This document shows positions 9,051 through 18,925 of a stretch of 64,000 nt of DNA, piece after piece (the stretch's first letter is position 1; every line of letters begins with the position of its first letter). A program made the position numbers and the translations under genes. The notes under the pieces are model-generated. The model was given only the letters and a program-made list of their open reading frames with translations. It was not told the origin of the DNA and did not search any database. Origin of the DNA: Desulfatiglandales bacterium (GTDB taxonomy: Bacteria; Desulfobacterota; DSM-4660; Desulfatiglandales; Desulfatiglandaceae); contig OY759599.1 of assembly GCA_963662465.1 (NCBI GenBank), positions 6,848,001 through 6,912,000 of the forward strand, given 5' to 3'.

Positions 9051-11300
9051 CTAAGCTAAATTATGGACTGTGTTCAGCGCCGACCCGGCCTTAAACCATT
9101 TTATTTGTTCCTTTGTCAGGGTGTGGTTCAGGGCCATTTCAAAACTGGGTCTATCCTTCGGTTTAATGATTGCCCGAATTGGTTCATGGGGTTTCAGGGT
9201 TTTCAGGTCAACCAGACTTATCCGGTCATGCTCACTGATGGTGTCGTAATCCGAAGGATTTGAGAACGTCAGGGGCAAAATACCCTGTTTTTTGAGGTTG
9301 GCTTCATGGATTCTGGCAAAGGATCGGGTGATGACGGCTTTTGCGCCCAGATATCGGGGGGTCATGGCCGCATGTTCCCGGCTGGACCCTTCACCGTAAT
9401 TTTCATCGCCCACAATGATAAATCCGCCGCGGTTTTTTTGATAGATGCCGGCAAGGTCCGAGAACCTCACCCCTTTTTCTCCGGTGAAAAGGTTTGTGCC
9501 GTGGCCGGTTTCACCGGTAAAGGCATTTAAGGCGCCCGCCAGCAGGTTTTGTGAAATGCGGGTCAGATGCCCCCGGTATTTCAGCCAGTCTCCGCCCGGG
9601 GAGATGTGATCCGTGGTGGTTTTGCCGCGGGTTTTGGCGAGAACCGGCAGGTTTAAAAAATCTTTTCCGTCCCACGGCGCAAAGGGCTTGAGGAGTTCCA
9701 GCCGATCTGAATGAGGATCAATTTTTATGACCACAGTCTCTGCTTCTTCCTCGGAGGCCATGTAGGCTGAGGTGAAGCGCGTAAGACCTTTTTCCGGAAG
9801 CGGGGGCGGATTGGGGGGGGCAAGCTGAAAGGGTTTCCCGTCAGCCCCCACCAGGGTATCGGTCTCGGGATTGAATCCGGCATCTCCTGAAAGGGCAAGG
9901 CACGCCGCCATCTGGGGGGAGGTCAGAAAGGCCAGGGTTTCCGGATTGGCGTCGTTTCGCGCCTTGAAATTTCGGTTAAAGGTCGTAAAAATGATGTTTT
10001 TCAGACCTTTTTGAATGTCTTTCCGGTCCCATTGGCCGATGCAGGGGCCGCAGGAGGCGGCAAGAATGACGGCGCCGGCATCCACCAGTTTTTGAAGAAT
10101 GCCGTCTCGTTTGATGGTTTCATAAATTTGCTCGGAGCCCGGCGACAGCATGAAAGGGACTTTGGCTTTGCATCCGTGCCGTCCCCCTTGTTCAAGGATC
10201 TCAGCTGCGGCATACAGATCCGAATAGGAGGAATTGGTGCAGGACCCGATGAGTACGGCGGATACCTTGTCGGGCCACTTCTCCGATACCGCCAGTTGTT
10301 TGAAATCCTCAACCCGTGTGATCCGATCCGGGCTGAAGGGACCCGCATGGGCGGGTTTTACGGCGCCGAGATCCAGTTCCAGGTACTGGTTGTAGACGCG
10401 CTCCGGATCGGTGGCGCAGATTTCGTCTTGGCGCAATATCTCCGATAGCGCGGCGGCTGCGTCGGCATCTGCCTTGCGGTCGGTGTTTTTCAGATAGGCA
10501 TCCATGCTTTCGTCATAAACAAACACGGAACTGGTGGCGCCCAACTCGGCTCCCATATTGGTGATGGTCGCTTTTTGAGCGGCGGAAAGGGCCTTGGCGC
10601 CCTCGCCAAAATACTCAAAGATTTTTCCGGTCCCCCCCTTGACGCCGAATCGATTCAGCATTTCCAGGATAACGTCTTTGGCCGATGCCCATCCGGTAAG
10701 TTTTCCCTTCAGCCTGACTCCCACAAGATGAGGAAACGTGGTTTCCCAGGGAAGTCCCGCCATGACCTCCGCTGCGTCGGCGCCGCCCACCCCGATGGCG
10801 ATCATGCCAAGTCCCCCCGCATTGGGGGTGTGGGAATCGGTTCCGATCATGAGACCCCCTGGAAAAGCATAATTTTCCAACAGTACCTGGTGAATAATGC
10901 CTGAACCGGGACCCCAGAATCCGATGCCGTATTTCATGGCCGCCGAAGAGAGAAACGCATATACCTCCTCATTGGCGGTCAGGGCTTTTGCTAGATCCAC
11001 TTCGGCGCCTATCCCGGCCCGGATGAGATGATCGCAGTGGATGGTGGCGGCAACATGGGTTTTTTTCTGCCCGGTCTGCATGAATTGAAGCATGGCCATC
11101 TGGGCCGTGGCGTCCTGCATGGCCACACGATCGGGATAGAGGAATATCTGATCGACGCCGGCCTTCGGCTTTTTGGATGAATTTTGGTGTGCCTCATGAA
11201 GAAAGAGGATCTTTTCAGTATAGGAAAGGCCCCGTTCCAGTTCACGGCGTTTCCTGGTGATAATATCCCGGATTTTATCCCGGTCAAAGGGATGATGCAT
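9051..11300 (-). CDS. acnA: Aconitate hydratase (mitochondrial-type AcnA family)
   Basis: DRVAMQDATAQMA, TDSHT, IGSCTNSSY, CGPCIG, TTDHISP, GSSREHAA. Confidence 0.92.
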   Translation of the reverse strand: MHHPFDRDKIRDIITRKRRELERGLSYTEKILFLHEAHQNSSKKPKAGVDQIFLYPDRVAMQDATAQMAMLQFMQTGQKKTHVAATIHCDHLIRAGIGAEVDLAKALTANEEVYAFLSSAAMKYGIGFWGPGSGIIHQVLLENYAFPGGLMIGTDSHTPNAGGLGMIAIGVGGADAAEVMAGLPWETTFPHLVGVRLKGKLTGWASAKDVILEMLNRFGVKGGTGKIFEYFGEGAKALSAAQKATITNMGAELGATSSVFVYDESMDAYLKNTDRKADADAAAALSEILRQDEICATDPERVYNQYLELDLGAVKPAHAGPFSPDRITRVEDFKQLAVSEKWPDKVSAVLIGSCTNSSYSDLYAAAEILEQGGRHGCKAKVPFMLSPGSEQIYETIKRDGILQKLVDAGAVILAASCGPCIGQWDRKDIQKGLKNIIFTTFNRNFKARNDANPETLAFLTSPQMAACLALSGDAGFNPETDTLVGADGKPFQLAPPNPPPLPEKGLTRFTSAYMASEEEAETVVIKIDPHSDRLELLKPFAPWDGKDFLNLPVLAKTRGKTTTDHISPGGDWLKYRGHLTRISQNLLAGALNAFTGETGHGTNLFTGEKGVRFSDLAGIYQKNRGGFIIVGDENYGEGSSREHAAMTPRYLGAKAVITRSFARIHEANLKKQGILPLTFSNPSDYDTISEHDRISLVDLKTLKPHEPIRAIIKPKDRPSFEMALNHTLTKEQIKWFKAGSALNTVHNLA

Positions 11301-11488
11301 GGTTTTGTGTCTCCTGTTTGGATCTTGTCCGATCTATCTGTTTACAATGGAACAGCATAACTGTCAACGGTTACGGAAATCATTTATCCTTGGCATAAAC
11401 CGGATGGAATTGGTAGGATAAATGCGAGTGAAAAGCAAATGGTTTCGTCACTCGTCACTTGTCACTTTTCTTCAAGGAGAAATTGAAA

Positions 11489-12757
11489 ATGCAAAATCAA
11501 AACCACCCGGATGCCGACAATACTGCAAACATCATCCAGTGGGATGCGCGGAAACGGCCTCTCGTACCCGATTTTCCCATCATCCCGTTTATTGAGGGGG
11601 ATGGCATCGGCCCTGACATCTGGGCTGCGAGCAAATTGGTTCTGGAGGCAGCGATAGAAAAGGCCTATGCCGGAAAGCGGCGGATATTCTGGCGGGAAAT
11701 TCTGGCCGGGGAAAAAGCGCAAGGGCGGTTTGGGGGGGAGAACCCGCTTCCGAAAGAGACGCTTTCCGACATATTCCGTTACGGCGTGGCCATCAAAGGT
11801 CCTCTTACCACGCCCATTGGGGGCGGATTTCGCTCTTTGAACGTCGCCCTTCGTCAGGCTCTCGACTTGTATGCCTGCGTGCGTCCGGTCTGCTATCTTG
11901 AAGGCGTTCCCGCGCCCGTGACCCATCCCGAGCGGATGGATGTGGTGATTTTCAGGGAAAACACGGAAGACGTGTATGCGGGGCTGGAGTGGCCTGCCGG
12001 ATCCCCTGAGGCGCGTGGACTGTTGACCTGGGTTAATGCCAAATCCGAGGCTGCGGGCGGCACGACCGTTTCTCTGGAGAGCGCTGTCGGCATCAAACCC
12101 ATGAGCCGTAAAAATACGGATCGTCTGGTTTCGATGGCTATTCAATATGCCTTGGACCACCACCGGAAGAGTGTGACCCTGGTGCATAAGGGGAATATCA
12201 TGAAATACACGGAAGGTGCATTCAGGGACTGGGGGTATGGGGTTGCACGGGATAAATATGGGGATGTCACCCTGACGGAAACGGAATTGAATGAGGAATT
12301 CCGGGGCAAACAGCCCGTCGGTCGGATCGTGATCAAGGACCGCATCGCCGACGCCATGTTTCAGCAGCTTCTCCTGCGCCCGGAAGAGTACGACGTGCTG
12401 GCCACCCCCAATCTGAACGGCGATTATCTCTCCGATGCGGCCGCGGCCCAGGTGGGCGGCCTGGGCATGGCCCCCGGCGCCAATATGGGGAATTGTTGCG
12501 CCTTGTTTGAGGCCACCCATGGCACGGCGCCCAAGTATGCGGGGCAGGATAAGGTCAACCCCGGCTCTCTGATCCTGTCCGGGGTTGAGATGCTTCGGTT
12601 TATGCAGTGGCATGAGGCGGCGGAAACGGTGGTTGCGGCCCTTAAAAAGACCATTCAACAGAGAACCGTCACCTATGATCTGGCCCGACAGATGAAGGGC
12701 GCAAAAGAAGTCCGGTGTTCGGAATTCGGCCTGGCCATTGTTGAGAATATGGGATGA
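11489..12757 (+). CDS. icd: NADP-dependent isocitrate dehydrogenase
   Basis: [52 protein letters not shown] before ATG 11489. Confidence 0.95.
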   Translation: MQNQNHPDADNTANIIQWDARKRPLVPDFPIIPFIEGDGIGPDIWAASKLVLEAAIEKAYAGKRRIFWREILAGEKAQGRFGGENPLPKETLSDIFRYGVAIKGPLTTPIGGGFRSLNVALRQALDLYACVRPVCYLEGVPAPVTHPERMDVVIFRENTEDVYAGLEWPAGSPEARGLLTWVNAKSEAAGGTTVSLESAVGIKPMSRKNTDRLVSMAIQYALDHHRKSVTLVHKGNIMKYTEGAFRDWGYGVARDKYGDVTLTETELNEEFRGKQPVGRIVIKDRIADAMFQQLLLRPEEYDVLATPNLNGDYLSDAAAAQVGGLGMAPGANMGNCCALFEATHGTAPKYAGQDKVNPGSLILSGVEMLRFMQWHEAAETVVAALKKTIQQRTVTYDLARQMKGAKEVRCSEFGLAIVENMG

Positions 12758-12761
12758 AAAA

Positions 12762-14051
12762 TCATCCTCTTTCCTGAATGGGCACATAATCCCTTTTGTG
12801 AGCCCCGGTGTAGATCTGTCGCGGGCGGTAGACTTTCCATTTGGGATCATCCGCGCTCTCCTTCCACTGGGCAATCCACCCGGGCAGGCGGCCGATGGCA
12901 AACATGACCGGGAACATGTTGAGGGGAATGCCGATGGCCCGCAGGAGAATGCCGGCGTAAAAATCCACGTTGGGGTAGAGGTTGTGATCTATGAAGTAGC
13001 TGTCCTTCAACGCCACCTCCTCCAGTTTCTTGGCAATGGGCAGGAGGGGATCTTTCCTGTGGAGTTTTTCAAGCACCGTGTTGCACACTTTTTCCATGAT
13101 GCGGGCCCTGGGATCAAAGGTTTTGTAGACCCGGTGTCCGAATCCCATCAGCCGAAAGGTATCCTTTCGGTCCTTGGCCCGGGCAATGAAGGGGGCTGTA
13201 TCTCCGCCGTTGTCATATATCTGCTGCAGCATCTCGATCACCGCCTGATTGGCGCCGCCGTGAAGGGGTCCCCATAATGCCGATATGCCGGCGGAAATGG
13301 AGGCATAGAGGTTGACTCGGGCGCTCCCGACGGCCCGGACCGAGGAAGTGGAGCAGTTCTGCTCATGGTCCGCGTGCAGTATCCAGAAAACATTCAAGGC
13401 ATCCACCAGGTCCTCGTCAATGATATAGGGTTTCACCGGCGAGTCAAACATCATGTTTAGAAAATTGGCGCAGTAGGAGAGGTCGTACCTCGGGTACACC
13501 ACCGTATGGCCCAGGGAAATCCTGTAACTCATGGCCGCCAGGGTTCTGACCTTGGACAGAAGCCTGGAAAAGGTAATATTAATTGCTTCTTCCTGGCTGT
13601 GTTCTCGAAGGCTGGGGTAAAATGCTCTCAGAGCGTTGATCATGGAGGAAAGCATGCCCATGGGGTGCGATCCTCTGGGATAATTTCCAAAAAAAGCACG
13701 CATGTCTTCGTGAACCAGGCTGTGATCGTTCAATCGCACGGAAAAGTCTTGCAGTTCCTTGTGGGTGGGCAATTCTCCATTGATCAGAAGGTACGCTGTT
13801 TCCCTGAAAGAGGAATGCTCCGCCAACTGCTCCACGGGGATGCCCCGGTATCTCAATATGCCTTGCTCGCCGTCCATGAAGGTGATGCTGCTTTGACACA
13901 GGCCGGTGTTGCCGCAGCCCGGATCCAGGGTTATGAGCCCGGTTTCAGCGCGTAATTTGGAGATGTCAATCGCCTTTTCGCCTTCACTGCCGGTAACCAG
14001 GGGGATTTCATATGTTTTTCCATCAACGATTAATTGCGCGGTATTTTCCAT
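12762..14051 (-). CDS. gltA: Citrate synthase (Si-type)
   Basis: LHADHEQNCST, GPLHGGAN, LMGFGHRVYK, YPNVDFY. Confidence 0.95.
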   Translation of the reverse strand: MENTAQLIVDGKTYEIPLVTGSEGEKAIDISKLRAETGLITLDPGCGNTGLCQSSITFMDGEQGILRYRGIPVEQLAEHSSFRETAYLLINGELPTHKELQDFSVRLNDHSLVHEDMRAFFGNYPRGSHPMGMLSSMINALRAFYPSLREHSQEEAINITFSRLLSKVRTLAAMSYRISLGHTVVYPRYDLSYCANFLNMMFDSPVKPYIIDEDLVDALNVFWILHADHEQNCSTSSVRAVGSARVNLYASISAGISALWGPLHGGANQAVIEMLQQIYDNGGDTAPFIARAKDRKDTFRLMGFGHRVYKTFDPRARIMEKVCNTVLEKLHRKDPLLPIAKKLEEVALKDSYFIDHNLYPNVDFYAGILLRAIGIPLNMFPVMFAIGRLPGWIAQWKESADDPKWKVYRPRQIYTGAHKRDYVPIQERG

Positions 14052-14235
14052 GCTTTTTTCACTCCTCTGCAAAAATCTTTAACATAAGATTGCAATTGTT
14101 AAACACAAGCCGTATTCTGTAAGCGCTTAATTTTTTAAGGCGACTGCTTATTTAATGGATAACGCGGGGAGCCTGGTTTTTGCCGTTAATGGGCTGCCAA
14201 TGCTATCTTTGGATCTGTAACAGTGGAGGTGGAAA

Positions 14236-14730
14236 ATGAGAGATTTGAAAGAAATGAGTGTTAGAGATATTATGGTTGCCGAATATGTCACCGTCGGACC
14301 TGACGTCCCTGTCAGTCAGGCGGCCAGATTGATTTTCGGGGGCAAGACAAGGGATACGGGATACAAGGCGTTCGGCATCATGGTGGTGGACGAATTTTCT
14401 CGCTTGCTGGGCATGATTTCCATGGTTGATATCCTTTACCATTTGCGACCGCCTTTTATGAATTATGACCTGGGAAATGTGCAGCTTTGGGAAGGGGAGT
14501 TGGAAGTCTATCTGGACCATTTCACGGATTTGCGTGTGGAGCAGGTCATGAATGCCCCCGTCATCACCGTCACTCCCCGGGATGACCTCATGGTTGTGAT
14601 CGACAGGATGGTGAAAAGCGGGGTCAGACGCCTGCCGGTGGTGGAAAACGGTAAGATTATTGGGATTGTTTATCAGTCCGATGTTTTTCACAACCTTTGC
14701 AAGACCTGGCTGAATGGCGGAACTGATTAA
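14236..14730 (+). CDS. CBS domain-containing protein
   Basis: Two CBS repeats (VRDIM...VVDE...GMIS; VEQVM...LPVVENGKIIGIV). Confidence 0.88.
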   Translation: MRDLKEMSVRDIMVAEYVTVGPDVPVSQAARLIFGGKTRDTGYKAFGIMVVDEFSRLLGMISMVDILYHLRPPFMNYDLGNVQLWEGELEVYLDHFTDLRVEQVMNAPVITVTPRDDLMVVIDRMVKSGVRRLPVVENGKIIGIVYQSDVFHNLCKTWLNGGTD

Positions 14731-14766
14731 AAACTATCCCATTTTAAAACAATTAGGGTATTTATT

Positions 14767-15357
14767 TTGAGCGATAAATTTGTATTAAAGGATGTTTACA
14801 AGCGTATCTGGGAACTGGCGCGACCGTACCTGGACACTCGAAAAAATGATATCCATACGGAGGTTTCAACCGGTTTCGCCCAGCGATTGCTGGCGCTGGA
14901 AGGCGGTGATGAGGACATTGTGATTCCGGCCATTATCCTCCATGACGTGGGATGGAAGAAAGTTCCCGAGGAGGTTCAGTTAAAGGCCTTCGGTCCCAAT
15001 ACCAGCATGCCGGAATGGAACCATGTCCACGAAGTTGAAGGGGCCAGGATTGCCGGAGAGATCCTTCGAAAAGTCAATTACGACGAGGATAAAAGCCTCG
15101 AAATTCAGGAGATCATCCAAGGGCATGATTCAAGGAAAGAACCTATTTCGCGTAATGACGGCATTGTTAAAGATGCCGATAAGTTATGGCGATATTCGAA
15201 AATTTCGATCCGCGGCGTACAAATGGGTTTCGGGCTGACGTTTAACGAATGTATCGAAAGGCTCGGTAGAAATCTTGAATCCTGGTTCCTGACGGAATCC
15301 GGAAAACGGATGGCAATGGAAGGAATCGAAGAACTCAGGAAGATCCGTGAAAAATAG
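14767..15357 (+). CDS. HD domain phosphohydrolase
   Basis: H...ILHDVG...HE...H...DADKL. Confidence 0.88.
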   Translation: MSDKFVLKDVYKRIWELARPYLDTRKNDIHTEVSTGFAQRLLALEGGDEDIVIPAIILHDVGWKKVPEEVQLKAFGPNTSMPEWNHVHEVEGARIAGEILRKVNYDEDKSLEIQEIIQGHDSRKEPISRNDGIVKDADKLWRYSKISIRGVQMGFGLTFNECIERLGRNLESWFLTESGKRMAMEGIEELRKIREK

Positions 15358-15373
15358 CCATTAGCGGTTGTCC

Positions 15374-15403
15374 CTGGTTTCCACGCCGGCGCGTGGGAAC
15401 CAG
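15374..15403. repeat. REP-like palindrome / possible bidirectional terminator between convergent genes
   Basis: CTGGTTTCCACG-ccggcg-CGTGGGAACCAG inverted repeat. Confidence 0.55.
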
Positions 15404-15430
15404 ATGAACATTGCTTAACGTCTCCAGCCT

Positions 15431-16702
15431 TTAGGCGGATGGTATGCTTCGCCTTCCGGCGGTTTTCGTTTTCTGGGGAGACATCCAGGCAAACGCTCCT
15501 TTTTTCGCTCGTCCTCTTGGTTCATGGGCGGGTTTGCTCCGTTGGGTGCGGTGAGGGCCTTTTCTTTGGAGTGTTAAAGGCGCGGCATTATAATCGAAAT
15601 CCGCCAAGGTTCGCCGTTCTATGGATGCGCCGATGGTTCTGTTGATGGCGCGCACCATGTTGTTGTCCTCTCCGGTAATTAGGGTGAAGGCTTCGCCGCT
15701 GCGCGTTGCCCGCCCGGTCCTTCCGATGCGATGAATGTATGCCTCGGGGGTGGCGGGGATATCGTAGTTGATCACATGGGAAATCTGCGTAACGTCAATG
15801 CCCCTGGCGGCGATATCCGTGGCGACCAGGATTTGGAATGTTCCGTCGCGAAAACCTTCCAGCGCGGCCTGGCGTCGTCCCTGGGAAAGATTTCCCTGCA
15901 GTGAAGTGGATCGGTATCCTGCCGTGGCCAGTTTTTGCCCCAGGCTTTTGGCGCGGTGTTTGGTGCGGGTGAAGACCAGCACCGATTCGGCGGTAGTATT
16001 CCCCAACAGCTTTAACAGCAGCGCCGTTTTTAAATGCTGGGCCACCGGATAGAGTGCATGACTGACCGTTTCAGCGGGTGCTGTGGTCCCTACCTGGACG
16101 GTGGTCGGATTTTGCAGGATATCCTTTGCCAGGCGACGTATTTCAGTGGGCATTGTCGCCGAAAAAAGCAGTGTCTGACGCTTTTTGGGAAGATGCGTCA
16201 AGATGCGCCGGATATCAGGGAAAAACCCCATGTCGAACATCTGATCGGCCTCATCGATGACCAGCACTTCCAATTGGGAAAGATTGACGGTATGGCGGCC
16301 GATGTGATCGAGAAGCCGACCGGGGCAGGCCACAATAATATCCGTGCGCTTCAGCTTCTGAATCTGGGGATTGATGCCGACGCCGCCGTATACAGAGGCG
16401 CTTCTCAGGTGGGTCTTGCGACCCAGGGTTTCGATGGCCTGATGAATCTGTTCCGCCAGTTCCCGGGTAGGGGCCACGATCAGGGCACGAACGGAACCGG
16501 TTTTTTTCTCCATCAACCGGTTCAGTATCGGCAGGACGAAGGCAGCCGTTTTGCCGGTGCCGGTTTGGGCCAGTCCCATTACATCGTGATTCTTGAGGAC
16601 CAGGGGAATGGCTTGATCCTGAATCGGGGTGGGGGTTACATATCCCGCCGCTGTGACGCCTGCCGCAACATTGGGATGAAAATTAAAACGCTTAAAATTC
16701 AA
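15431..16702 (-). CDS. rhlE: DEAD-box RNA helicase (RhlE-like)
   Basis: PTPIQ, AQTGTGKT, PTRELA, DEAD, SAT, ARGID, HRIGRTGR; basic tail. Confidence 0.9.
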   Translation of the reverse strand: MNFKRFNFHPNVAAGVTAAGYVTPTPIQDQAIPLVLKNHDVMGLAQTGTGKTAAFVLPILNRLMEKKTGSVRALIVAPTRELAEQIHQAIETLGRKTHLRSASVYGGVGINPQIQKLKRTDIIVACPGRLLDHIGRHTVNLSQLEVLVIDEADQMFDMGFFPDIRRILTHLPKKRQTLLFSATMPTEIRRLAKDILQNPTTVQVGTTAPAETVSHALYPVAQHLKTALLLKLLGNTTAESVLVFTRTKHRAKSLGQKLATAGYRSTSLQGNLSQGRRQAALEGFRDGTFQILVATDIAARGIDVTQISHVINYDIPATPEAYIHRIGRTGRATRSGEAFTLITGEDNNMVRAINRTIGASIERRTLADFDYNAAPLTLQRKGPHRTQRSKPAHEPRGRAKKGAFAWMSPQKTKTAGRRSIPSA

Positions 16703-16728
16703 TAAACACCTTCTTTCTATGTTCCAGT

Positions 16729-16758
16729 AAAAAAAGCCCCGGAATTATTCCGGAGCTT
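16729..16758 (-). terminator. Intrinsic terminator-like hairpin in the helicase 5' leader
   Basis: Minus strand AAGCTCCGGAATAATTCCGGGGCTTTTTTT, ending 27 nt upstream of the start codon. Confidence 0.65.
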
Positions 16759-16802
16759 GTATGATTTTTAATAACAACCAGGAACACCAAATAATTCTCT
16801 AT

Positions 16803-16831
16803 ACTTTACGGATTATCAAAGTTAAAGTCAA
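16803..16831 (-). promoter_or_regulatory. Sigma70-type promoter of the DEAD-box helicase
   Basis: TTGACT-17 nt-TAAAGT on the minus strand. Confidence 0.55.
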
Positions 16832-16894
16832 GTCTCCAGCAATTCTAATTAACGAGATGTGTTTGTGGGCGCCGCTTTTAGAGCCACTAGAAAT

Positions 16895-17090
16895 CGTGGC
16901 GGAATGCAAAACAGTTTTTTTTACCCATCCAGCCAGGATGCCGATTACGCTGTGATGATGCCCATAAATATTAGGGGGCTTTGTCTGAGTCGTCAGATTC
17001 TTGATGAAGCCTTTTGACGCCCGGCATTTTCTCCGCCTCCTTGCTGATTTTGATGCCGTCGCCAGCCAATAGAAGACGTCCGTCAACTAT
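16895..17090 (-). pseudogene. Frameshifted DDE transposase fragment
   Basis: Split across frames: VDGRLLLAGDGIKISKEAEKMPGVKRLHQESDD / IYGHHHSVIGILAG / FCIP, resembling IS4/IS701-superfamily transposases. Confidence 0.65.
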
Positions 17091-17117
17091 TCCAGTAAAT
17101 GTCAAATTCTGATGAGT

Positions 17118-17143
17118 CGCCCGGCAAAGCCGGGGGTTTACCT
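17118..17143. repeat. Hairpin resembling an IS200/IS605-type end
   Basis: CCCGGC-aaa-GCCGGG followed by GGTTTACC. Confidence 0.4.
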
Positions 17144-17183
17144 AACTGAAATTAGGTTTGGCTCACCTGTCTGCTACTGGCCA

Positions 17184-18497
17184 TCAAAATCTGTAAGTGA
17201 AGTTAAAGGCCATCAGATGCATGCTGCTATCCTCAAACTCGCCGGTTACCTGTCCCACCGGGGCGCCATAGATTGAACTGTAATCACCCACGGCATTGTT
17301 GAATGTTGCGTCTGCATGAGACTTATAGCTGTATGAAAAGTCGAGCGACCAATTGTCGGAATTATAGCCTCCGCCCAATGAGTATACCCAGCGATCGGTA
17401 CAGGGAATGGCGGGAGTTAGGGTGCTGACCGGATTAGGGTTCTGTTCGAATGCAATGCCTGCCCTGATATCGAAGGATTTGTTGATTTTGTATTGTCCAC
17501 CCAAACGATAGGCCCATGTATCACCCCAGTCTTGTTTCACGCTTTGATCAGGGAGTGTGTTATCATAATCAAGTGTAATATTTTTGAAGGTAGACCAGCC
17601 CGTCCATTCGGTATCGAATTCAAAAGTCCATTTCTCCAATGACCAGGCCAGCCCCAGAGACAATATATCCGGAAGATCAAGATCGGCTTTACCCGTGACC
17701 GTGGGCATTCCCGTAATTTCATGTTCTATTCCTGATTTGTGCTTGATTTTGCTTCGATATGAGGCGCCGAATTTCAAGGTTTCGATGATTTGATAGAGAA
17801 ATCCAATGTTATATCCCAATGCCCAGTCATCGCCCGTCAGTTTCGAATGTAAATCCGTGCTGGAAACAAAAGGACTGGATGGATTGGGGAGTTTGTTTTC
17901 CATTTTAAAATCAAGGTATTGGCTTACCAGACCCAAAGCCACACTGATTTTTTTATGGGGTTTGTAGGCGATCGTCGGATTAATCGACATGGTTGAAATT
18001 TGTGAGTTGGTACCGCCCGCAATATAACGACCTTCCCAATCGCTCGGCCACTCTACACCGAGGCCGAAATCGCTGAATACTCCAAGCCCAGCACTCCATT
18101 GGTCATTAATTTTATAAGTAGAGAACAGGCTTGGAATCAGGAATTCTCCCTGTATGGCGTCGGTTTTACCTGGGCCCCCGGCAGCGGACGTACCGTTGCT
18201 ATCAAAAGACACATTGCAAATAGCGTAGTCCGCGTTGGCCGAAACCTGAAGTCCCTCCAGCTGTACAATGCCAGCCGGATTGTAGTAAACGGCGGACGGC
18301 TTATCGGCTTGAGCCGTGAAAGCACCTCCCATGGCGCTCGCTTTTGCGTCGTGATCGGAAAACGCAAAACCGTTTGCCAACACCTCCGAAGGCAAAAGAA
18401 AAACACAAAGAAGGCAAAGAAATCCGATTGTTTTAAATTTAGAGAGACTATCTATCCTTTGTTTATCTGTCATTTTTGGTATTTGAAAGCAGGACAT
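17184..18497 (-). CDS. FadL/OmpP1-family outer membrane transporter for hydrophobic compounds
   Basis: Signal peptide, A.AMGGAFTA.AD.PSAVYYNPAG hatch motif, C-terminal YRF. Confidence 0.9.
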   Translation of the reverse strand: MSCFQIPKMTDKQRIDSLSKFKTIGFLCLLCVFLLPSEVLANGFAFSDHDAKASAMGGAFTAQADKPSAVYYNPAGIVQLEGLQVSANADYAICNVSFDSNGTSAAGGPGKTDAIQGEFLIPSLFSTYKINDQWSAGLGVFSDFGLGVEWPSDWEGRYIAGGTNSQISTMSINPTIAYKPHKKISVALGLVSQYLDFKMENKLPNPSSPFVSSTDLHSKLTGDDWALGYNIGFLYQIIETLKFGASYRSKIKHKSGIEHEITGMPTVTGKADLDLPDILSLGLAWSLEKWTFEFDTEWTGWSTFKNITLDYDNTLPDQSVKQDWGDTWAYRLGGQYKINKSFDIRAGIAFEQNPNPVSTLTPAIPCTDRWVYSLGGGYNSDNWSLDFSYSYKSHADATFNNAVGDYSSIYGAPVGQVTGEFEDSSMHLMAFNFTYRF

Positions 18498-18618
18498 GGT
18501 TTTCTCCTTTCATTCCTCTATATTCTACTTTTTTCAATTCGTACGATGTCGCACCGGCCATGAACGGCATACCCCATTAAGGGAGGCGCTCTGGCGACTT
18601 GCTTTGTATCGGAAAACA

Positions 18619-18756
18619 TCATTTTTTCCCGAAACAGAAAATCCGGAAAGCGCTATGGCATGATGTAATCTGGCACGGCAGGGCACGCAAAATTCGATTC
18701 TTGAGCGAAATCGATTCGATGTTAATGGATGGAAACAGGGACTTGTACTTAGACAT
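18619..18756 (-). pseudogene. N-terminal remnant of an NADH:flavin oxidoreductase (Old Yellow Enzyme family)
   Basis: AAGGAGG RBS, then MSKYKSLFPSINIESISLKNRILRA (compare LF.PI.IG...LKNRIV.AP), degenerating to a stop after 45 aa. Confidence 0.55.
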
Positions 18757-18925
18757 TTTGCCCTCCTTAATCAACTGATAAATCCGCTAAAATGCGAAAT
18801 TCGACACAAAGAAATCTCTCAAAAATCCTCCGGCTTGCGAGGGATATTTGCGCATAAACGAAATGGAGGAAAATACAATCGTCCGGCAACTGCTCGGAAA
18901 GTGAGCGGCTGCCGGGGAAGTACAG

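Noticed and set aside
11462..12901. 479-aa antisense ORF (similarly 4989-5897, 21829-22932, 27201-28073, 34851-35597 and their copy-2 equivalents)
   Set aside because: Shadow ORFs opposite well-supported genes in GC-rich DNA; no motifs.
9051..14051. acn-icd-gltA grouping as a novel system
   Set aside because: Ordinary clustering of the oxidative TCA branch with canonical motifs.
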